Assembly (NCBI GenBank): GCA_041615815.1
Contig: JBFJCP010000005.1
Location: 64,001-128,000 of the forward strand
Source: Gemmatimonadales bacterium
Lineage (GTDB): Bacteria; Gemmatimonadota; Gemmatimonadetes; Gemmatimonadales; GWC2-71-9
DNA: 64,000 nt
Reading direction: 5' to 3'
In this document: piece after piece, positions 51,627 through 62,339 of the stretch
How the letters are laid out: each line of letters opens with the position of its first letter
How positions within the stretch are numbered: position 1 is the stretch's first letter
Program-made: the position numbers and the translations under genes
The notes under the pieces: model-generated
Seen by the model: the letters and a program-made list of their open reading frames with translations, nothing else
What the model was told of the DNA's origin: nothing
The model's database searches: none

Positions 51627-53180
51627 ATCCGTTCCGGCTCCCGGTCCGCGCTTCCCAGGTCGGAGCTTGGTGAGCCGGCGGGCGTCGGGGTGGCCCAGCG
51701 CCCGGGTGACACCGAGGTACACGACGCCAAAAGCTGCGATGGCTGCGATGGCGGTGGCCCACACGCCGAATGGTCTCACCGCCGCGGCCACCCATGCGCC
51801 CGCGAGTGCGGCCGGCGTGGCACCGAGCACCGTCGTCCAGAGTGCGCGGCGCGTGTGCGTGTCGAGCAACCCTCCGATGCGCCGCGCCAGTGCGCGGGCA
51901 TTCAGGAGCATGTTTGCATAGGCGCCGATCCCCGTGCCGAGGGCGATACCGGCCACACCAAACCGCTGCATGAGCAGAAAGGCTCCCGTAGCGGAGAGCA
52001 GCACCGACACGGCGGCAATGCGGACGGGGGTCTTCGTGTCGCCCAATGCGTAATGACCGGACGCGAGCAGTCGAGTCGATGCCAACGCAGGGAGGCCGAT
52101 GGCATAGGCAGCGAGCACGCCGCCGGCAATGGACGTCTGGTCCGCCCCAAACGCCCCGGTCTGAAACAGCGCGCCGATGATCTCATTGGCGAGCGCGGCG
52201 CAGCCGAAGGCTGCTGGGATCACGAAAAACGCGACCCGACGGGCGCCCTCGGCGATCCGCGTGCGCAGGACCTCCTGGCCTCCCGTGGCGGCGTCGCGGC
52301 TCAGTTCGGGGAGTGCCGCGGCCGCCACACTGATACCGAAGAGCGCCACCGGCACATTGGCCACGAGTTGCGCGTATCCCAGAATGGCAACCGCGCCTTG
52401 CTCGAGCAGCGAGCCCAGCTGCGTCTCGATCACGCTGGACACTTGGTAAACGCCGGCACCGAACACGACGGGGATCCACGTGCGGATCACTTGCCGCACC
52501 CCTGGGAGCGAGAGATCCCACGCCCAGTGGAGTTGCCCGAGTAGCCGCAGTGTCGTAGGAAGCTGGACGATGAACTGGAGGCCGCTCCCCGCCAGCGCGC
52601 CCCACGCCAGGGCCACCGCGAGCCGCGTATCCAGCAGGATGCCGCCGAGGGCGACGAGCACGCCAATCTGCGCCACGTTCCAGAGGGCCGGCGCGGCGTA
52701 GGCCAGGAAGAACCGGCGATAGGTGTTCAGCACTCCGAGACACCAGCCCGAGAGGATCATGATTCCCGACATCGGAAACATGATCTCGACGAGCCGAATG
52801 GTGAGATCGCGACGTGCCCCGCTGAATCCCGGCGCGGCGAAGTCCGTGATGACCGGGGCCAACACGATCCCCACCAGGGTTGCGAGGGCTACCAGGATCA
52901 CCAGGAAAGACACGATGGCACCGGACAGCCGCCGCGCATCATCGGTGTCGCCGCGTTCGATCATGCCGGCAAACACGGGGATGAAGGACGCCGAGAGCGT
53001 TCCTTCCCCCAGGAGATTCCGGATGACGTTGGGAATGCGGAGAGCGGCCCGAAACGCGTCCGCGGCTGCACCGTCACCGAAATACTGAGCAAAGATGCGT
53101 TCCCGGACGAAGCCGAGAACGCGGGTGACCAGAATACCGGCGCCGACTCGGGCCGCCATGCGGCCCTGGGACGGTGCCAT
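51624..53180 (-). CDS. murJ: Lipid II flippase MurJ
   Basis: RVLGFVRE, DAF..A.RIPN..RNLLGEG, about 13-14 TMs. Confidence 0.95.
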   Translation of the reverse strand: MAPSQGRMAARVGAGILVTRVLGFVRERIFAQYFGDGAAADAFRAALRIPNVIRNLLGEGTLSASFIPVFAGMIERGDTDDARRLSGAIVSFLVILVALATLVGIVLAPVITDFAAPGFSGARRDLTIRLVEIMFPMSGIMILSGWCLGVLNTYRRFFLAYAAPALWNVAQIGVLVALGGILLDTRLAVALAWGALAGSGLQFIVQLPTTLRLLGQLHWAWDLSLPGVRQVIRTWIPVVFGAGVYQVSSVIETQLGSLLEQGAVAILGYAQLVANVPVALFGISVAAAALPELSRDAATGGQEVLRTRIAEGARRVAFFVIPAAFGCAALANEIIGALFQTGAFGADQTSIAGGVLAAYAIGLPALASTRLLASGHYALGDTKTPVRIAAVSVLLSATGAFLLMQRFGVAGIALGTGIGAYANMLLNARALARRIGGLLDTHTRRALWTTVLGATPAALAGAWVAAAVRPFGVWATAIAAIAAFGVVYLGVTRALGHPDARRLTKLRPGKRGPGAGTD

Positions 53181-53183
53181 TCG

Positions 53184-53462
53184 CTACGCGTCGGGTGGCT
53201 TCAGCGACGAGCGCTGGTCGGGATCCTGGAGCAAGCTCTGGAGAAACTGCGTCTGTTCGTGGAGCTCACGCATGGTGTGGGAGAGTTCGTCCACGTCTGC
53301 CTCGAGGCGGACGAGTCGTCGCGCGAGCTCCTCGTACTCGCTCCCCGCTCGTACCGGAGGTCGCGAGGCGAGATTTCGCCCATACGGCGAGTGCAGCACA
53401 ATCGCGAGAATCGGGATGAAGAGTGCAATGAGCAAGACCAACAGGCCAAGGCCCCAGAGCAT
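53184..53462 (-). CDS. Small membrane-anchored coiled-coil hypothetical protein
   Basis: Hydrophobic N-term then heptad-like helix; fills the bshC-murJ gap and has its own promoter. Confidence 0.7.
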   Translation of the reverse strand: MLWGLGLLVLLIALFIPILAIVLHSPYGRNLASRPPVRAGSEYEELARRLVRLEADVDELSHTMRELHEQTQFLQSLLQDPDQRSSLKPPDA

Positions 53463-53467
53463 GGCGG

Positions 53468-53496
53468 ATACTATGTCTCCCGAATGGTCGATTCAA
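53468..53496 (-). promoter_or_regulatory. sigma70 promoter for leaderless hyp-murJ transcript
   Basis: TTGAAT-N17-TAGTAT-N5-ATG on minus strand. Confidence 0.65.
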
Positions 53497-55009
53497 GAGT
53501 CCGGGTCCACCGACGACATTCGTCGAGGGCTGCGTCGATGAATCCCGAGCCATACCGGATGAGGTACGGCGTCACGTTGAACACTCGCTCTTGGGGGTGC
53601 CCGTGAGGGAACAGATTATGGCGAGCTTTGGCAATCTGCTGGACGACGATGTCATTCCCCTTCTTGAGATGCGCCACGATCCGTTTTTCGACGTCATTGA
53701 CGCTTGCCAGGGCGGCGTTCCGTGCCGACGCAATCGGCTTCTTGAGCGTCGGGTCGATCGCACCCGCGGCTCGCTCGAGGCGGCCGTACTCCTCTCCCAG
53801 GTGGCCGCGGAGATGTGAGAGGGCATCTGCGGCGTCGGCGGGCATGTCCTCGCGCGCGAGTCGGGACTCCGCCCGCCCCTCGTCTCGGAGATCATCGGGC
53901 TCGAGATCGTACTTGCGGAGAACCTTGCTGACCCGCGTCTCGAGGGCCATGGCGGACCACCGCGGCACCGTGGCCTGCGGCACCACGTCGAGGGCGTCGT
54001 ACAGGGGTTCGCACTGCGGAAAGTAGGCCAGCTCACCGGGCCCGGCGACGTACGCGAGCGTCGGAAGGAGCGCCGCCTCTACCACCGGACGGAGCAGAAC
54101 GTTGGGGGAGAGGCGCATCGGCTCGTCACGGGCGATCGTTTCGAGCGATTGCATCGACCAGGTTTCCTGAGCGCGACGACTTTCGAACCCCCCATCGACC
54201 ACCATCAAGCGATCGCGTCCGAGCTTTCCTTCCATCATCACGAGACTCGCCGTGTCTCCCACGGGCACGGGTACGGCCTGGCGGGCGCTCTCGAGGGATC
54301 GGGCTCGTTCGGTTAGGGCTTCGTTGAGCGCGGACGTCCTGCGCAGTGCCTCGAGCAGGAGCGGTGCCATGGCGTGTTTGGCCCGCTCGTGGGTGGGACG
54401 GAACACCACCAGTCCGTGTGGTCCAAGCAGCTCCGCGAGCGCGTCGGCGAACGCCGTCGCGAAGTCCTGCTTCGGACGATAGTGGCGGGCCACCCATTCG
54501 AGGATCGACGGCCGAAACTCGGTTTCCGGCGTGAGCTCGCGAAGGCGATCGAGGATGGCGTCGATGTCGGGCCCGAGTGGTTCGCGGTACAGCGGTGTGA
54601 GGGGTGCCGTGGCCGCCCGCTCTCGCAAGCGCAGCTCGGTCACCTCGTTCGAGAGATCGGTGGCGAACACATGATTGGCCTCCGCAAAGTCGTGATCGTC
54701 ACCGGCCACCCAAAACACTGGGACGACCGGCCGGTCCAGTCGTTCGCCAAGCACTTCCGCAAGCGCGATGGCAGAGAGCGCTTTGTAGATCGTGAACAGC
54801 GGCCCGAGAAGCAGACCAGGCTGTTGCCCGGTGGTGACGCATAGGGCGTCACCGTCGAGCAGCCGATCCAGCTGGGCCTCGGCGGCGTGCGTGGCGTGGA
54901 ACGCGGGTCGAAGATCCGCAGGCAGGGGGGCGCGTCCGGTTGGCACGCGACGTCGGACGACCCACGGCGACGGGGTAACGAACGGAGTCGTGCGGAATGG
55001 TAGCGTCAC
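53471..55009 (-). CDS. bshC: Bacillithiol biosynthesis cysteine-adding enzyme BshC
   Basis: TGQQ, PVFW.AGDDHDF.E, SPNVLLRP, GPGELAY, PQERV. Confidence 0.92.
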   Translation of the reverse strand: MTLPFRTTPFVTPSPWVVRRRVPTGRAPLPADLRPAFHATHAAEAQLDRLLDGDALCVTTGQQPGLLLGPLFTIYKALSAIALAEVLGERLDRPVVPVFWVAGDDHDFAEANHVFATDLSNEVTELRLRERAATAPLTPLYREPLGPDIDAILDRLRELTPETEFRPSILEWVARHYRPKQDFATAFADALAELLGPHGLVVFRPTHERAKHAMAPLLLEALRRTSALNEALTERARSLESARQAVPVPVGDTASLVMMEGKLGRDRLMVVDGGFESRRAQETWSMQSLETIARDEPMRLSPNVLLRPVVEAALLPTLAYVAGPGELAYFPQCEPLYDALDVVPQATVPRWSAMALETRVSKVLRKYDLEPDDLRDEGRAESRLAREDMPADAADALSHLRGHLGEEYGRLERAAGAIDPTLKKPIASARNAALASVNDVEKRIVAHLKKGNDIVVQQIAKARHNLFPHGHPQERVFNVTPYLIRYGSGFIDAALDECRRWTRTLESTIRET

Positions 55010-55728
55010 GACTTTGCGGCAATCAGGATGGCGCGAGGAGACTCGGGTCCAAGGGGACTTCCGTCGTAATCGCCGAGCCGGTCGAGAACGGTGAGACCGG
55101 CCGCGACCAGCATCGATTCCAGGTCTCGGGGTGCAAAGAGGCGAACACGCTCGAGGAAGCTGTGTCCTTCATCCACGAGGTGCATCTCCTTCACGACGAA
55201 ACGCCCATCGGGTGAGAACCGGCGTTCGGTGGCCACCCGCCGGCGTCCAACCGTGTGTTCCTCATGCGGTACGAGAGTGCGCCGGACGTGCTCCGCATTG
55301 AGGTAGTCCAGCACGAACCCGCCGGTGTTTCGAAGCACGGCCGCCACGGCCTGCAAGACACTCTCGTGTTGCCGGTCATCGACGAAGTACCCGAAACTGG
55401 TGAACAAATTCACGACCATGTCAAAGCTGTGCGGGGCAAACGGCAAGCAACGCATGTCGCCGCGCACGAGTCTCGGTGGGTCCGACAGGCAGCGACGGGC
55501 GCGCCGCAGTAAGGGCATCGAGAGGTCGAATCCCACGACTGCAGCTCCGAGCTTCACCATCGCACGAGCGTGGCGCCCCGGACCGCAGGCGAGGTCGAGG
55601 ACGCGGCGTCCCTTCAGGGGTAGGTGCGCATCGATGAGCCGAACCATCCGAGCGGCGTCTGTCTCGTCGCGGTGAGGGTAGAGTCGGAGATACTCTTCTC
55701 CGAACCACTCCTCGAACCATTCCGTCAC
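55006..55728 (-). CDS. Class I SAM-dependent methyltransferase (candidate bacillithiol N-methyltransferase)
   Basis: LDLACGPGRH, GDMR, NLFTSFGYF; overlaps bshC start. Confidence 0.85.
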   Translation of the reverse strand: MTEWFEEWFGEEYLRLYPHRDETDAARMVRLIDAHLPLKGRRVLDLACGPGRHARAMVKLGAAVVGFDLSMPLLRRARRCLSDPPRLVRGDMRCLPFAPHSFDMVVNLFTSFGYFVDDRQHESVLQAVAAVLRNTGGFVLDYLNAEHVRRTLVPHEEHTVGRRRVATERRFSPDGRFVVKEMHLVDEGHSFLERVRLFAPRDLESMLVAAGLTVLDRLGDYDGSPLGPESPRAILIAAKS

Positions 55729-56201
55729 GCCTGGTGTCCCTTGTGATACGGTTGGCCGCGAAGGATCGTTCCCGCGCGATACAATTGCTCGAGCACCACC
55801 ACGCGGGTGAGCTCGTGCGGCATGGTCAGGGGCGAAAGACTGATGCAGGCGGTGGCTTGGCGGCGGATCTCCTCGTCCACCCCGAAGGCCCCGCCGATCA
55901 CGAGCGCCACGTCAATCGCCTCGCGCCGCCAGGTGTCCACGCGTCGAGCAAAGCCCTCGCTGTCCAGCGACTCGCCCGTTCTGGAGAAGACGACGACGCG
56001 AGCGTGGGACGGAATGGCGCGCAGGACTGCCGAGGCTTCGAGCCGCCGGGCGCGTTTCGCATCGGACTCGGGCCGACCACCCTCTCGGACTTCCAGGACC
56101 TCGAACTTGAAATAGCGGCGGATGCGCGCTGTGAACTGCTCACACGCTGCCCGCAGAGCGGCGTCGCGGACCCGCCCTACGGCCAGGAGATAGAAGGTCA
56201 T
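55725..56201 (-). CDS. rlmH: 23S rRNA m3Psi1915 methyltransferase
   Basis: IGGAFG, SLSPLTMPH, EQLYRA, PYHK. Confidence 0.95.
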   Translation of the reverse strand: MTFYLLAVGRVRDAALRAACEQFTARIRRYFKFEVLEVREGGRPESDAKRARRLEASAVLRAIPSHARVVVFSRTGESLDSEGFARRVDTWRREAIDVALVIGGAFGVDEEIRRQATACISLSPLTMPHELTRVVVLEQLYRAGTILRGQPYHKGHQA

Positions 56202-57544
56202 CAGGCATACAGCCCGCGGAGCCGGTGTACGGCCGCCACGCGCTCAATGGCCAGCATGTACGCGGCGATGCGCATGTTGACTCCATGGCGCTCGGCAACC
56301 GCGAGGACGTCGGCAAACGATCGCTCGAGTGAGCTGTTGAGACGCTCAATGACGGTCTTCTCGTCCCAGAAGTATCCCGCGCGGTCCTGCACCCACTCGA
56401 AGTAGCTCACCGTGACGCCGCCGGCGTTGGCGAGAATGTCCGGAATGACGAAAACGTCCTTCTCCTCGAGGATCGTGTCGGCCCCGGCCGTGGTGGGACC
56501 ATTGGCGCCCTCGCAGATGATCTTTGCCCGAATATCAGCGGCATTCTTTCGCGTGATGGCGTTTTCGACGGCGGCGGGAACCAACACGTCCACGTCTGCG
56601 GTCAGCAGCGCTTCCGTTGGGATCGCTTCGCCGCCGGGATAGCCGGTCAAATAGCGGTGCTCGCTCACCCATTTGAGCGCGCCGTCGATGTAGATCCCGT
56701 TCTCGTTGTACACGGCTCCGGAGACGTCGCTGACGGCCACGACGGTGAGGCCCTCTGCTTCGAGGAGGCGAGCCGCGATCGATCCCACGTTGCCAAAACC
56801 CTGCACGGCCACTTTGGTACCGCGCAGGGGCAGACCCAGGTGTCGCAGCGCGGCTTTGGTCGCAATCATGCATCCCCGTCCCGTGGCCTCGCGCCGTCCC
56901 AACGATCCGCCCATTTCCACCGGTTTTCCCGTCACGACCGCCGTCACGGGATGACGCTGATGCATGGAATAGGTGTCCATGATCCACGCCATAATCCGTT
57001 CGTTGGTGTTGACGTCGGGTGCCGGAATGTCCGACTCGGGGCCCAACACATCAATGAGATTGGCGGTATACCGCCGGGTAATGCGCTCGAGCTCGCTGAT
57101 GGACAGGACGGTGGGATCGCACACGACGCCACCCTTGGCGCCGCCAAAGGGGATATTCACGACGGCGCACTTCCAGGTCATCCATGCCGCGAGCGCCTTC
57201 ACTTCGTCCAAACTGACCCGTAGGTCGAACCGAATGCCGCCCTTGGCTGGGCCACGTGCCGTGTTGTGGATCACGCGATACCCGGTGAAGACCTCCAGCT
57301 CGCCGTTGTCGAGTTGTACGGGTACTCCGACGATCATCTGCTTCTCCGGAACACGGAGAACCTTGTACACCCCGGGATCCAGATCGAGCAGTTCGGCCGC
57401 GTGGTCGAACCGCGCCATCATGGCTTCAAACGGATTGTCTTCGTCGAGGTGCGGATCCTTACTTCGGCCCACCACCTCTTCCGCCGACTGTATCGGCTGC
57501 GCCTTGGCGCCACTCATCATCGTCTCGGGATCCGCGCGCGTCAT
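56201..57544 (-). CDS. Glutamate dehydrogenase (Glu/Leu/Phe/Val family)
   Basis: [43 protein letters not shown]. Confidence 0.95.
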   Translation of the reverse strand: MTRADPETMMSGAKAQPIQSAEEVVGRSKDPHLDEDNPFEAMMARFDHAAELLDLDPGVYKVLRVPEKQMIVGVPVQLDNGELEVFTGYRVIHNTARGPAKGGIRFDLRVSLDEVKALAAWMTWKCAVVNIPFGGAKGGVVCDPTVLSISELERITRRYTANLIDVLGPESDIPAPDVNTNERIMAWIMDTYSMHQRHPVTAVVTGKPVEMGGSLGRREATGRGCMIATKAALRHLGLPLRGTKVAVQGFGNVGSIAARLLEAEGLTVVAVSDVSGAVYNENGIYIDGALKWVSEHRYLTGYPGGEAIPTEALLTADVDVLVPAAVENAITRKNAADIRAKIICEGANGPTTAGADTILEEKDVFVIPDILANAGGVTVSYFEWVQDRAGYFWDEKTVIERLNSSLERSFADVLAVAERHGVNMRIAAYMLAIERVAAVHRLRGLYA

Positions 57545-57549
57545 CGTCG

Positions 57550-58587
57550 TCAGGTTGTTTTATAAAGTTCGTGCACGCTGGAACTCACCACATCGAGCGC
57601 TCGTTCAACGGCACCCTGGCCCACGTCCCACTCCACTCCCAAACAGGCCACCAGCGGCTCCGGCGCGGTTGGCGGCCAGCAGCGCCGGAGCTTCACGGCG
57701 TCTTTTTCGGTCACTACAACGTAATCTACTTTCGGGCGAACACCGAGGAGCCGGCGGACGTCGGCTGGACCAAAGGGGTGGTGATCCCGCCACGGAAGTA
57801 GCCGGATCCGTGCTCCCAAAGCTCGGCATTGCGCCGCGAAACTGTCGGGGTCCCAGACCCCCGCGGTTACCAGGATCGCGGCGTCTCGCAGGCGATCCGG
57901 GTTTACCGCATCCCCGCTCACGAGTCCACGAAACCCCGTCAGACGGAGCCGCGCCGCGGCCTGAATGGCATGCGGCGCGCATGCAGAGATTCTGGCCAGC
58001 ACGGCTTGCGCCTCCTCCGGTGAGGCGCGTTTGCGGGTGACGACCACCATATCGGCCCGCACGAGGGCATCCCAGCCCTCACGCCACGGCCCCGCCGGGA
58101 GCGTCCACCGAATCGCGCGGCTGGACTCCGCGCTGACGACTGCCACGTTCAAGTCTCGTTGCACGTCGAGACGCTGATAGGCATCGTCCAAGACAAGGAT
58201 CTCGGCGCCGCGCGCCGCCGCCTCCCGGGCACCCGCGAGGCGATCGGCGTCCTCGACCACCACCGCTGAGGGGACCAGGGAGCGGTGCACGTCTCCCTCG
58301 TCGCCGCCATAGCCTCGCAGGATGATGCCCGGCCGCAATCCCCGGCCGGCGTAATGCTGGGCGAACCACGCCGTGAGCGGTGTCTTTCCGGAGCCACCGA
58401 CGGTGAGATTGCCCACCCCCACCGTGGGAAGGGCGGGCGCGTCGCTGGAAAGCCATTGCCGCGCGTACGCGTGAGCCCTCACGCTCATGATCATCCGATA
58501 CGTGCCTGCCGTCGGGAGGAGTGCCCCTCGTGCCAGCCTGGCCATGGGTGAGGAGCTCGCCCACAGCCATCGGCTCAGCCAGAGCAT
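57550..58587 (-). CDS. lpxK: Tetraacyldisaccharide 4'-kinase
   Basis: [38 protein letters not shown]. Confidence 0.93.
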   Translation of the reverse strand: MLWLSRWLWASSSPMARLARGALLPTAGTYRMIMSVRAHAYARQWLSSDAPALPTVGVGNLTVGGSGKTPLTAWFAQHYAGRGLRPGIILRGYGGDEGDVHRSLVPSAVVVEDADRLAGAREAAARGAEILVLDDAYQRLDVQRDLNVAVVSAESSRAIRWTLPAGPWREGWDALVRADMVVVTRKRASPEEAQAVLARISACAPHAIQAAARLRLTGFRGLVSGDAVNPDRLRDAAILVTAGVWDPDSFAAQCRALGARIRLLPWRDHHPFGPADVRRLLGVRPKVDYVVVTEKDAVKLRRCWPPTAPEPLVACLGVEWDVGQGAVERALDVVSSSVHELYKTT

Positions 58588-59201
58588 CGCGCCCCCTCGC
58601 CCAGACGGACGAGCGCATGCTCCAAGCGGCGGGTCCCGGCGCTCAGGCCGTCGGCGCCCGCATCGATCGACAGCGGGGTACCATACCTGATGTTCACGTG
58701 CGCGAACGGTTTGGGAACGACGAATCGATCCCAGGACCGAAGCTGCCAACTCGTGCGGGTGGATACGCCTACGGGAACGATGACGGCTCCCGCTTGCTGT
58801 GCGGCGGCCACGATGCCCGGTTTGGCTTTGTGGGCTGGGCCGCGGGGCCCATCCGGCGTCACCGCGGCAGTTCGGCGTTCGCCGAGTGTCCGGAGCAATC
58901 CGCGGAGGCCTCCCACTCCTCCCCGCGTGCTGGAGCCGCGAACGAGGTTATACCCCCATCCGCGAGCGGCCGCTGCGAGGTATCCGCCATCGTGATGGGC
59001 GCTGACGAGCAAGGTGATGTGCTGGTCCCGACGATGCCACAGCGGCGCCAAGAGCTGTCCGTGCCACACGGCGTAGAGAAACGGTTTGCGCTCCTGCTCG
59101 AGCCGGCGCACGTGTTCCTCGCCGATGACGTCAATGTGCCACGTGCGCGCCAATAGGCTGGCGAGGGACCGCAGGCTGGTGCCGACGATCGCGGGGTTCA
59201 C
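58575..59201 (-). CDS. DUF374 lysophospholipid-acyltransferase family protein
   Basis: WHGQ, S..HDG, RGSSTRGG, TPDGPRGP, SWD...PKPF. Confidence 0.88.
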   Translation of the reverse strand: MNPAIVGTSLRSLASLLARTWHIDVIGEEHVRRLEQERKPFLYAVWHGQLLAPLWHRRDQHITLLVSAHHDGGYLAAAARGWGYNLVRGSSTRGGVGGLRGLLRTLGERRTAAVTPDGPRGPAHKAKPGIVAAAQQAGAVIVPVGVSTRTSWQLRSWDRFVVPKPFAHVNIRYGTPLSIDAGADGLSAGTRRLEHALVRLGEGARCSG

Positions 59202-60292
59202 GACACCAGGTCGCGTGCGAGGGTCGCCACGCGCGCCGCCGCTCCGGGAGTTCCCAACTGAGGACGGAGATCCCGGAATGCCAGGCGTTGCCGCCGGGTG
59301 GCAGGATGATCCGGATCAAACAGCGGGTAGAGCGCAGCGGCGAGGGTTGCGGGGCTGGCCTCTCGTTGCAGGAACTCCGGGATGACGTCTTGTCCCGCCA
59401 GGAGGTTCACGAGACCCACGTGTGGCAGCTGCACGAGCCGCCGTGCCACGGCGTGGGTGAACGGGTGCACGCGATGTGCGATGACCATCGGTAGCTCGGC
59501 CAGCGCTGCCTCCAGCGTGATGGTTCCCGCTTTGGTGAGGGCAGCGTCCGCCGCGGCAAGCGCGAGCGGCGCTTGGGCGGTCGAGATCCGCACGGCGTTG
59601 CCCTTCTGCGGCGGCGTACCCACCAAGATCGTCTCGAGCTCGGGGAGCCGTGCGCGGAGATGGCGAGCGGCGGCCTCGAACAGTCGCCAATGTCGGGCCC
59701 ACTCGTGTGGTCGGGTTCCAGGCATGAGAGCGAGGACGGGGACATCCGGCTCGATTCCCAGCGCTTCACGCGCCCGTGCGTGCGCTGGGCCGGGCGGACG
59801 GTCCAGGAGCGGATGTCCGACAAAGGTCGCGGAGATCCCGTGGCGAGAAAAAAACCCCTGTTCAAAGGGCAGAATCACGGCCAGCGCGCGAATCGCTGCG
59901 CGCAGCCGGCCCATACGCCAGGCTCCCCACGCCCACAGCTGCGGTGCGATGTAGTAGAGCACCGGGATCCCAGCCCGTGCGGCGGCGGTCGCCACGCGGA
60001 GATGGAACCCGGGGTAGTCGACCAACAACACGAGGTCGTATCGGTTGTCCCGGATTCGATGCGTGAGGTGGTGCAGGAGTCGGAGATGGCGTGGTGCGTG
60101 TCCGACCGCTTCGACGAGCCCCGTGGCCGAGAGTCTCTCCATCCGGGCGAGAAGCCGTACCCCGACCGCGGCCATCGCTGGGCCGCCAATCCCCTCCACG
60201 TCTAGTGTCTCGATGGAACTGGCGAGGGCGCCGATCACCCGCGCGGCGTGCGCGTCCCCCGACGGTTCTCCCGCCGAGACGAGCAGACGCAT
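59198..60292 (-). CDS. lpxB: Lipid A disaccharide synthase
   Basis: AGEPSGD, VDYPGF, PQLWAW, ILPFE, FVGHP, GTITLE. Confidence 0.95.
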   Translation of the reverse strand: MRLLVSAGEPSGDAHAARVIGALASSIETLDVEGIGGPAMAAVGVRLLARMERLSATGLVEAVGHAPRHLRLLHHLTHRIRDNRYDLVLLVDYPGFHLRVATAAARAGIPVLYYIAPQLWAWGAWRMGRLRAAIRALAVILPFEQGFFSRHGISATFVGHPLLDRPPGPAHARAREALGIEPDVPVLALMPGTRPHEWARHWRLFEAAARHLRARLPELETILVGTPPQKGNAVRISTAQAPLALAAADAALTKAGTITLEAALAELPMVIAHRVHPFTHAVARRLVQLPHVGLVNLLAGQDVIPEFLQREASPATLAAALYPLFDPDHPATRRQRLAFRDLRPQLGTPGAAARVATLARDLVS

Positions 60293-61065
60293 CAGACCAG
60301 GACGCCGCGCTCGGAGCGGGAGACGAAATCCAGCAAGCGCGTCACCTCGAGCGGTTGCGTTTCCTGTTGGCGCAGGACTTCCGCCGCTTCCGACGTGGTG
60401 AGGTCCGAGTTGAAGAGGAGACGGAACGCATGCTTGAGTGCGCTCCGGACGTCTGCGGGAACGCCTGCCCGCGTCAACCCCACGGAGTTGATCCCGTATA
60501 GCCGCAGCGGGTTGCCCACGGCACGGGCGTAGGGTGGAACGTCCTGGGGCACCCGGGAGCCCCCGCCCACAAAGGCGTGCGTGCCGATCCGCACGAACTG
60601 ATGAACCGGTGTCAGCCCGCTGATCGTGGCGTGGCTCTCGATGCACACGTGGCCGGCCAGCTGTACGGCGTTGGCCAGGGTCACCTGGTCCTCGATGACG
60701 CAGTCGTGGGCAACGTGCACGTAGGTCATGAGCAGACAACCACGTCCCACCACGGTGCGTTGGCGAGCTGCGGTACCTCGGTTGATCGTCACGTGCTCGC
60801 GGATTTGGGTTTCGTCACCGATCTGAAGGGTCGTGGGTTCGCCCCGATAGCTCCGGTCTTGGGGAGGACTGCCCAGGACGCTGCCGGCCCCCACGTAACA
60901 GTCCTTTCCCACCGCCGTGTCTTGTTCGATGACCACATGGGGGGCGATGACGGTCCGTTCGCCAATCGAGACCCGTGGTCCGAGGACGACGTAGGGACCG
61001 ATAGACACGTCGAGGCCCAGCTGACAGGAGGAATCGAGGACGGCGGTGGAGTGAATCGTGGACAT
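60292..61065 (-). CDS. lpxA: UDP-GlcNAc acyltransferase
   Basis: Hexapeptide repeats, PQD, HVAHDC, VHQF, QDVPPY. Confidence 0.96.
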   Translation of the reverse strand: MSTIHSTAVLDSSCQLGLDVSIGPYVVLGPRVSIGERTVIAPHVVIEQDTAVGKDCYVGAGSVLGSPPQDRSYRGEPTTLQIGDETQIREHVTINRGTAARQRTVVGRGCLLMTYVHVAHDCVIEDQVTLANAVQLAGHVCIESHATISGLTPVHQFVRIGTHAFVGGGSRVPQDVPPYARAVGNPLRLYGINSVGLTRAGVPADVRSALKHAFRLLFNSDLTTSEAAEVLRQQETQPLEVTRLLDFVSRSERGVLV

Positions 61066-62339
61066 TATCGGTCGACGATGCGTGCCATCATCTCCGCTTC
61101 AGCGACGAGGCGGCCGTCGACGTAGCCCACGCCACGCAACCGGCACGTCTTGCCGCGAAACTGCAGCATTTCGAGTTCAAAGCGAATCTGATCACCGGGG
61201 ACGACTGGCCGTCGGAACTTCACCCCGTCGATGGACATGAAGTAGACGACCTTGTCCGTAGGGTCCTCCACGGCGCCGAGAAGCAGCATGCCGCCCACCT
61301 GGGCCATGGCCTCGACGATGAGGACGCCGGGCATGATGGGATGGCCCGGGAAATGACCTTGAAAGAACGGCTCGTTGATCGTCACGTTCTTGAGGCCGAC
61401 AATGCGCTTTCCCTCTTCCACTTCGAGGATGCGATCCACGAGCAGCATGGGGTAGCGGTGCGGGAGGATGCCGAGGATCTCGTCGATTCCCATGATGGAC
61501 GGGGCTTGCCGGACCGCGGCCCGCTTCAAAGTGCGCGCGAGGGCCACGTTTCCCTCGTGGCTCGGTCGGTGCGCCACGATGTCGGCGCGGCAGCGGGCCC
61601 CGAGGAGCGCAAGATCCCCAAGGAGGTCCACGGCCTTGTGCCGCACGAACTCGTCCGTCCAACGCAGTGTGGAGCCTACGAGGCCATCCTCGGACAGAAC
61701 GATCGTGTTGTCCGGTGTGGCACCACGCGCGAGACCTCGTTCGCGCAGCCCCGCGGCGTCGCTCGCGAAACCGAAGGTCCGGGCACCGGCCAACTCGGCG
61801 CGAAACGTGTCCGGTCCGATGTCATACGACCCAGCCTGCTGGCCAATGAGCGGATGGTCAGCGGCGATCGTCACCGTGAGGCGGAGGCCCGCGTGCGGGC
61901 CGATGACGTAGCTCGCATCGCCATCGCGGACCGTGAGTGGGACGGCCACCGCGTGAATGACGGGCTCACCCTGACGCTCGTCGATGCCCGATTCCCGAAT
62001 TGCCTGCTCGAAACAGGCCGCACTCCCATCGCCGGCCGGTGGCTCAGGTCCGTCGAGGGCGATCACGAGATCGTCGATACTGTGCGCCATCACGGCGGCG
62101 AGCACGTGCTCGACGGTTTCGATGGTCACATCACCGTCGCCGAGGCTCGTGCGTCGCTCGGTGTCGCGGACCGCATCCACGGTGGCGCGGACCCTGGGCC
62201 CGTTGGGCAGGTCCGTGCGTTGGAACTGGATACCGGTGTTGGGACTAGCCGGTTGCAGCACGAGCGTCGTGGTGACACCCGTGTGCAACCCCGTTCCGCG
62301 GATCGTCGCCGGCTGGGCGATGGTACGTCTACTCGTCAT
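61065..62339 (-). CDS. lpxC: Bifunctional LpxC deacetylase / FabZ dehydratase fusion
   Basis: GLHTG, TVEH, ARTFGF, RHKAVD then LPHRYP.LLVD, GHFP..PIMPGV.IVE in one ORF. Confidence 0.95.
   Translation of the reverse strand: MTSRRTIAQPATIRGTGLHTGVTTTLVLQPASPNTGIQFQRTDLPNGPRVRATVDAVRDTERRTSLGDGDVTIETVEHVLAAVMAHSIDDLVIALDGPEPPAGDGSAACFEQAIRESGIDERQGEPVIHAVAVPLTVRDGDASYVIGPHAGLRLTVTIAADHPLIGQQAGSYDIGPDTFRAELAGARTFGFASDAAGLRERGLARGATPDNTIVLSEDGLVGSTLRWTDEFVRHKAVDLLGDLALLGARCRADIVAHRPSHEGNVALARTLKRAAVRQAPSIMGIDEILGILPHRYPMLLVDRILEVEEGKRIVGLKNVTINEPFFQGHFPGHPIMPGVLIVEAMAQVGGMLLLGAVEDPTDKVVYFMSIDGVKFRRPVVPGDQIRFELEMLQFRGKTCRLRGVGYVDGRLVAEAEMMARIVDR

Noticed and set aside
61065..62339. LpxC-FabZ fusion as a novelty
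   Set aside because: Already known in Bacteroidota and related phyla
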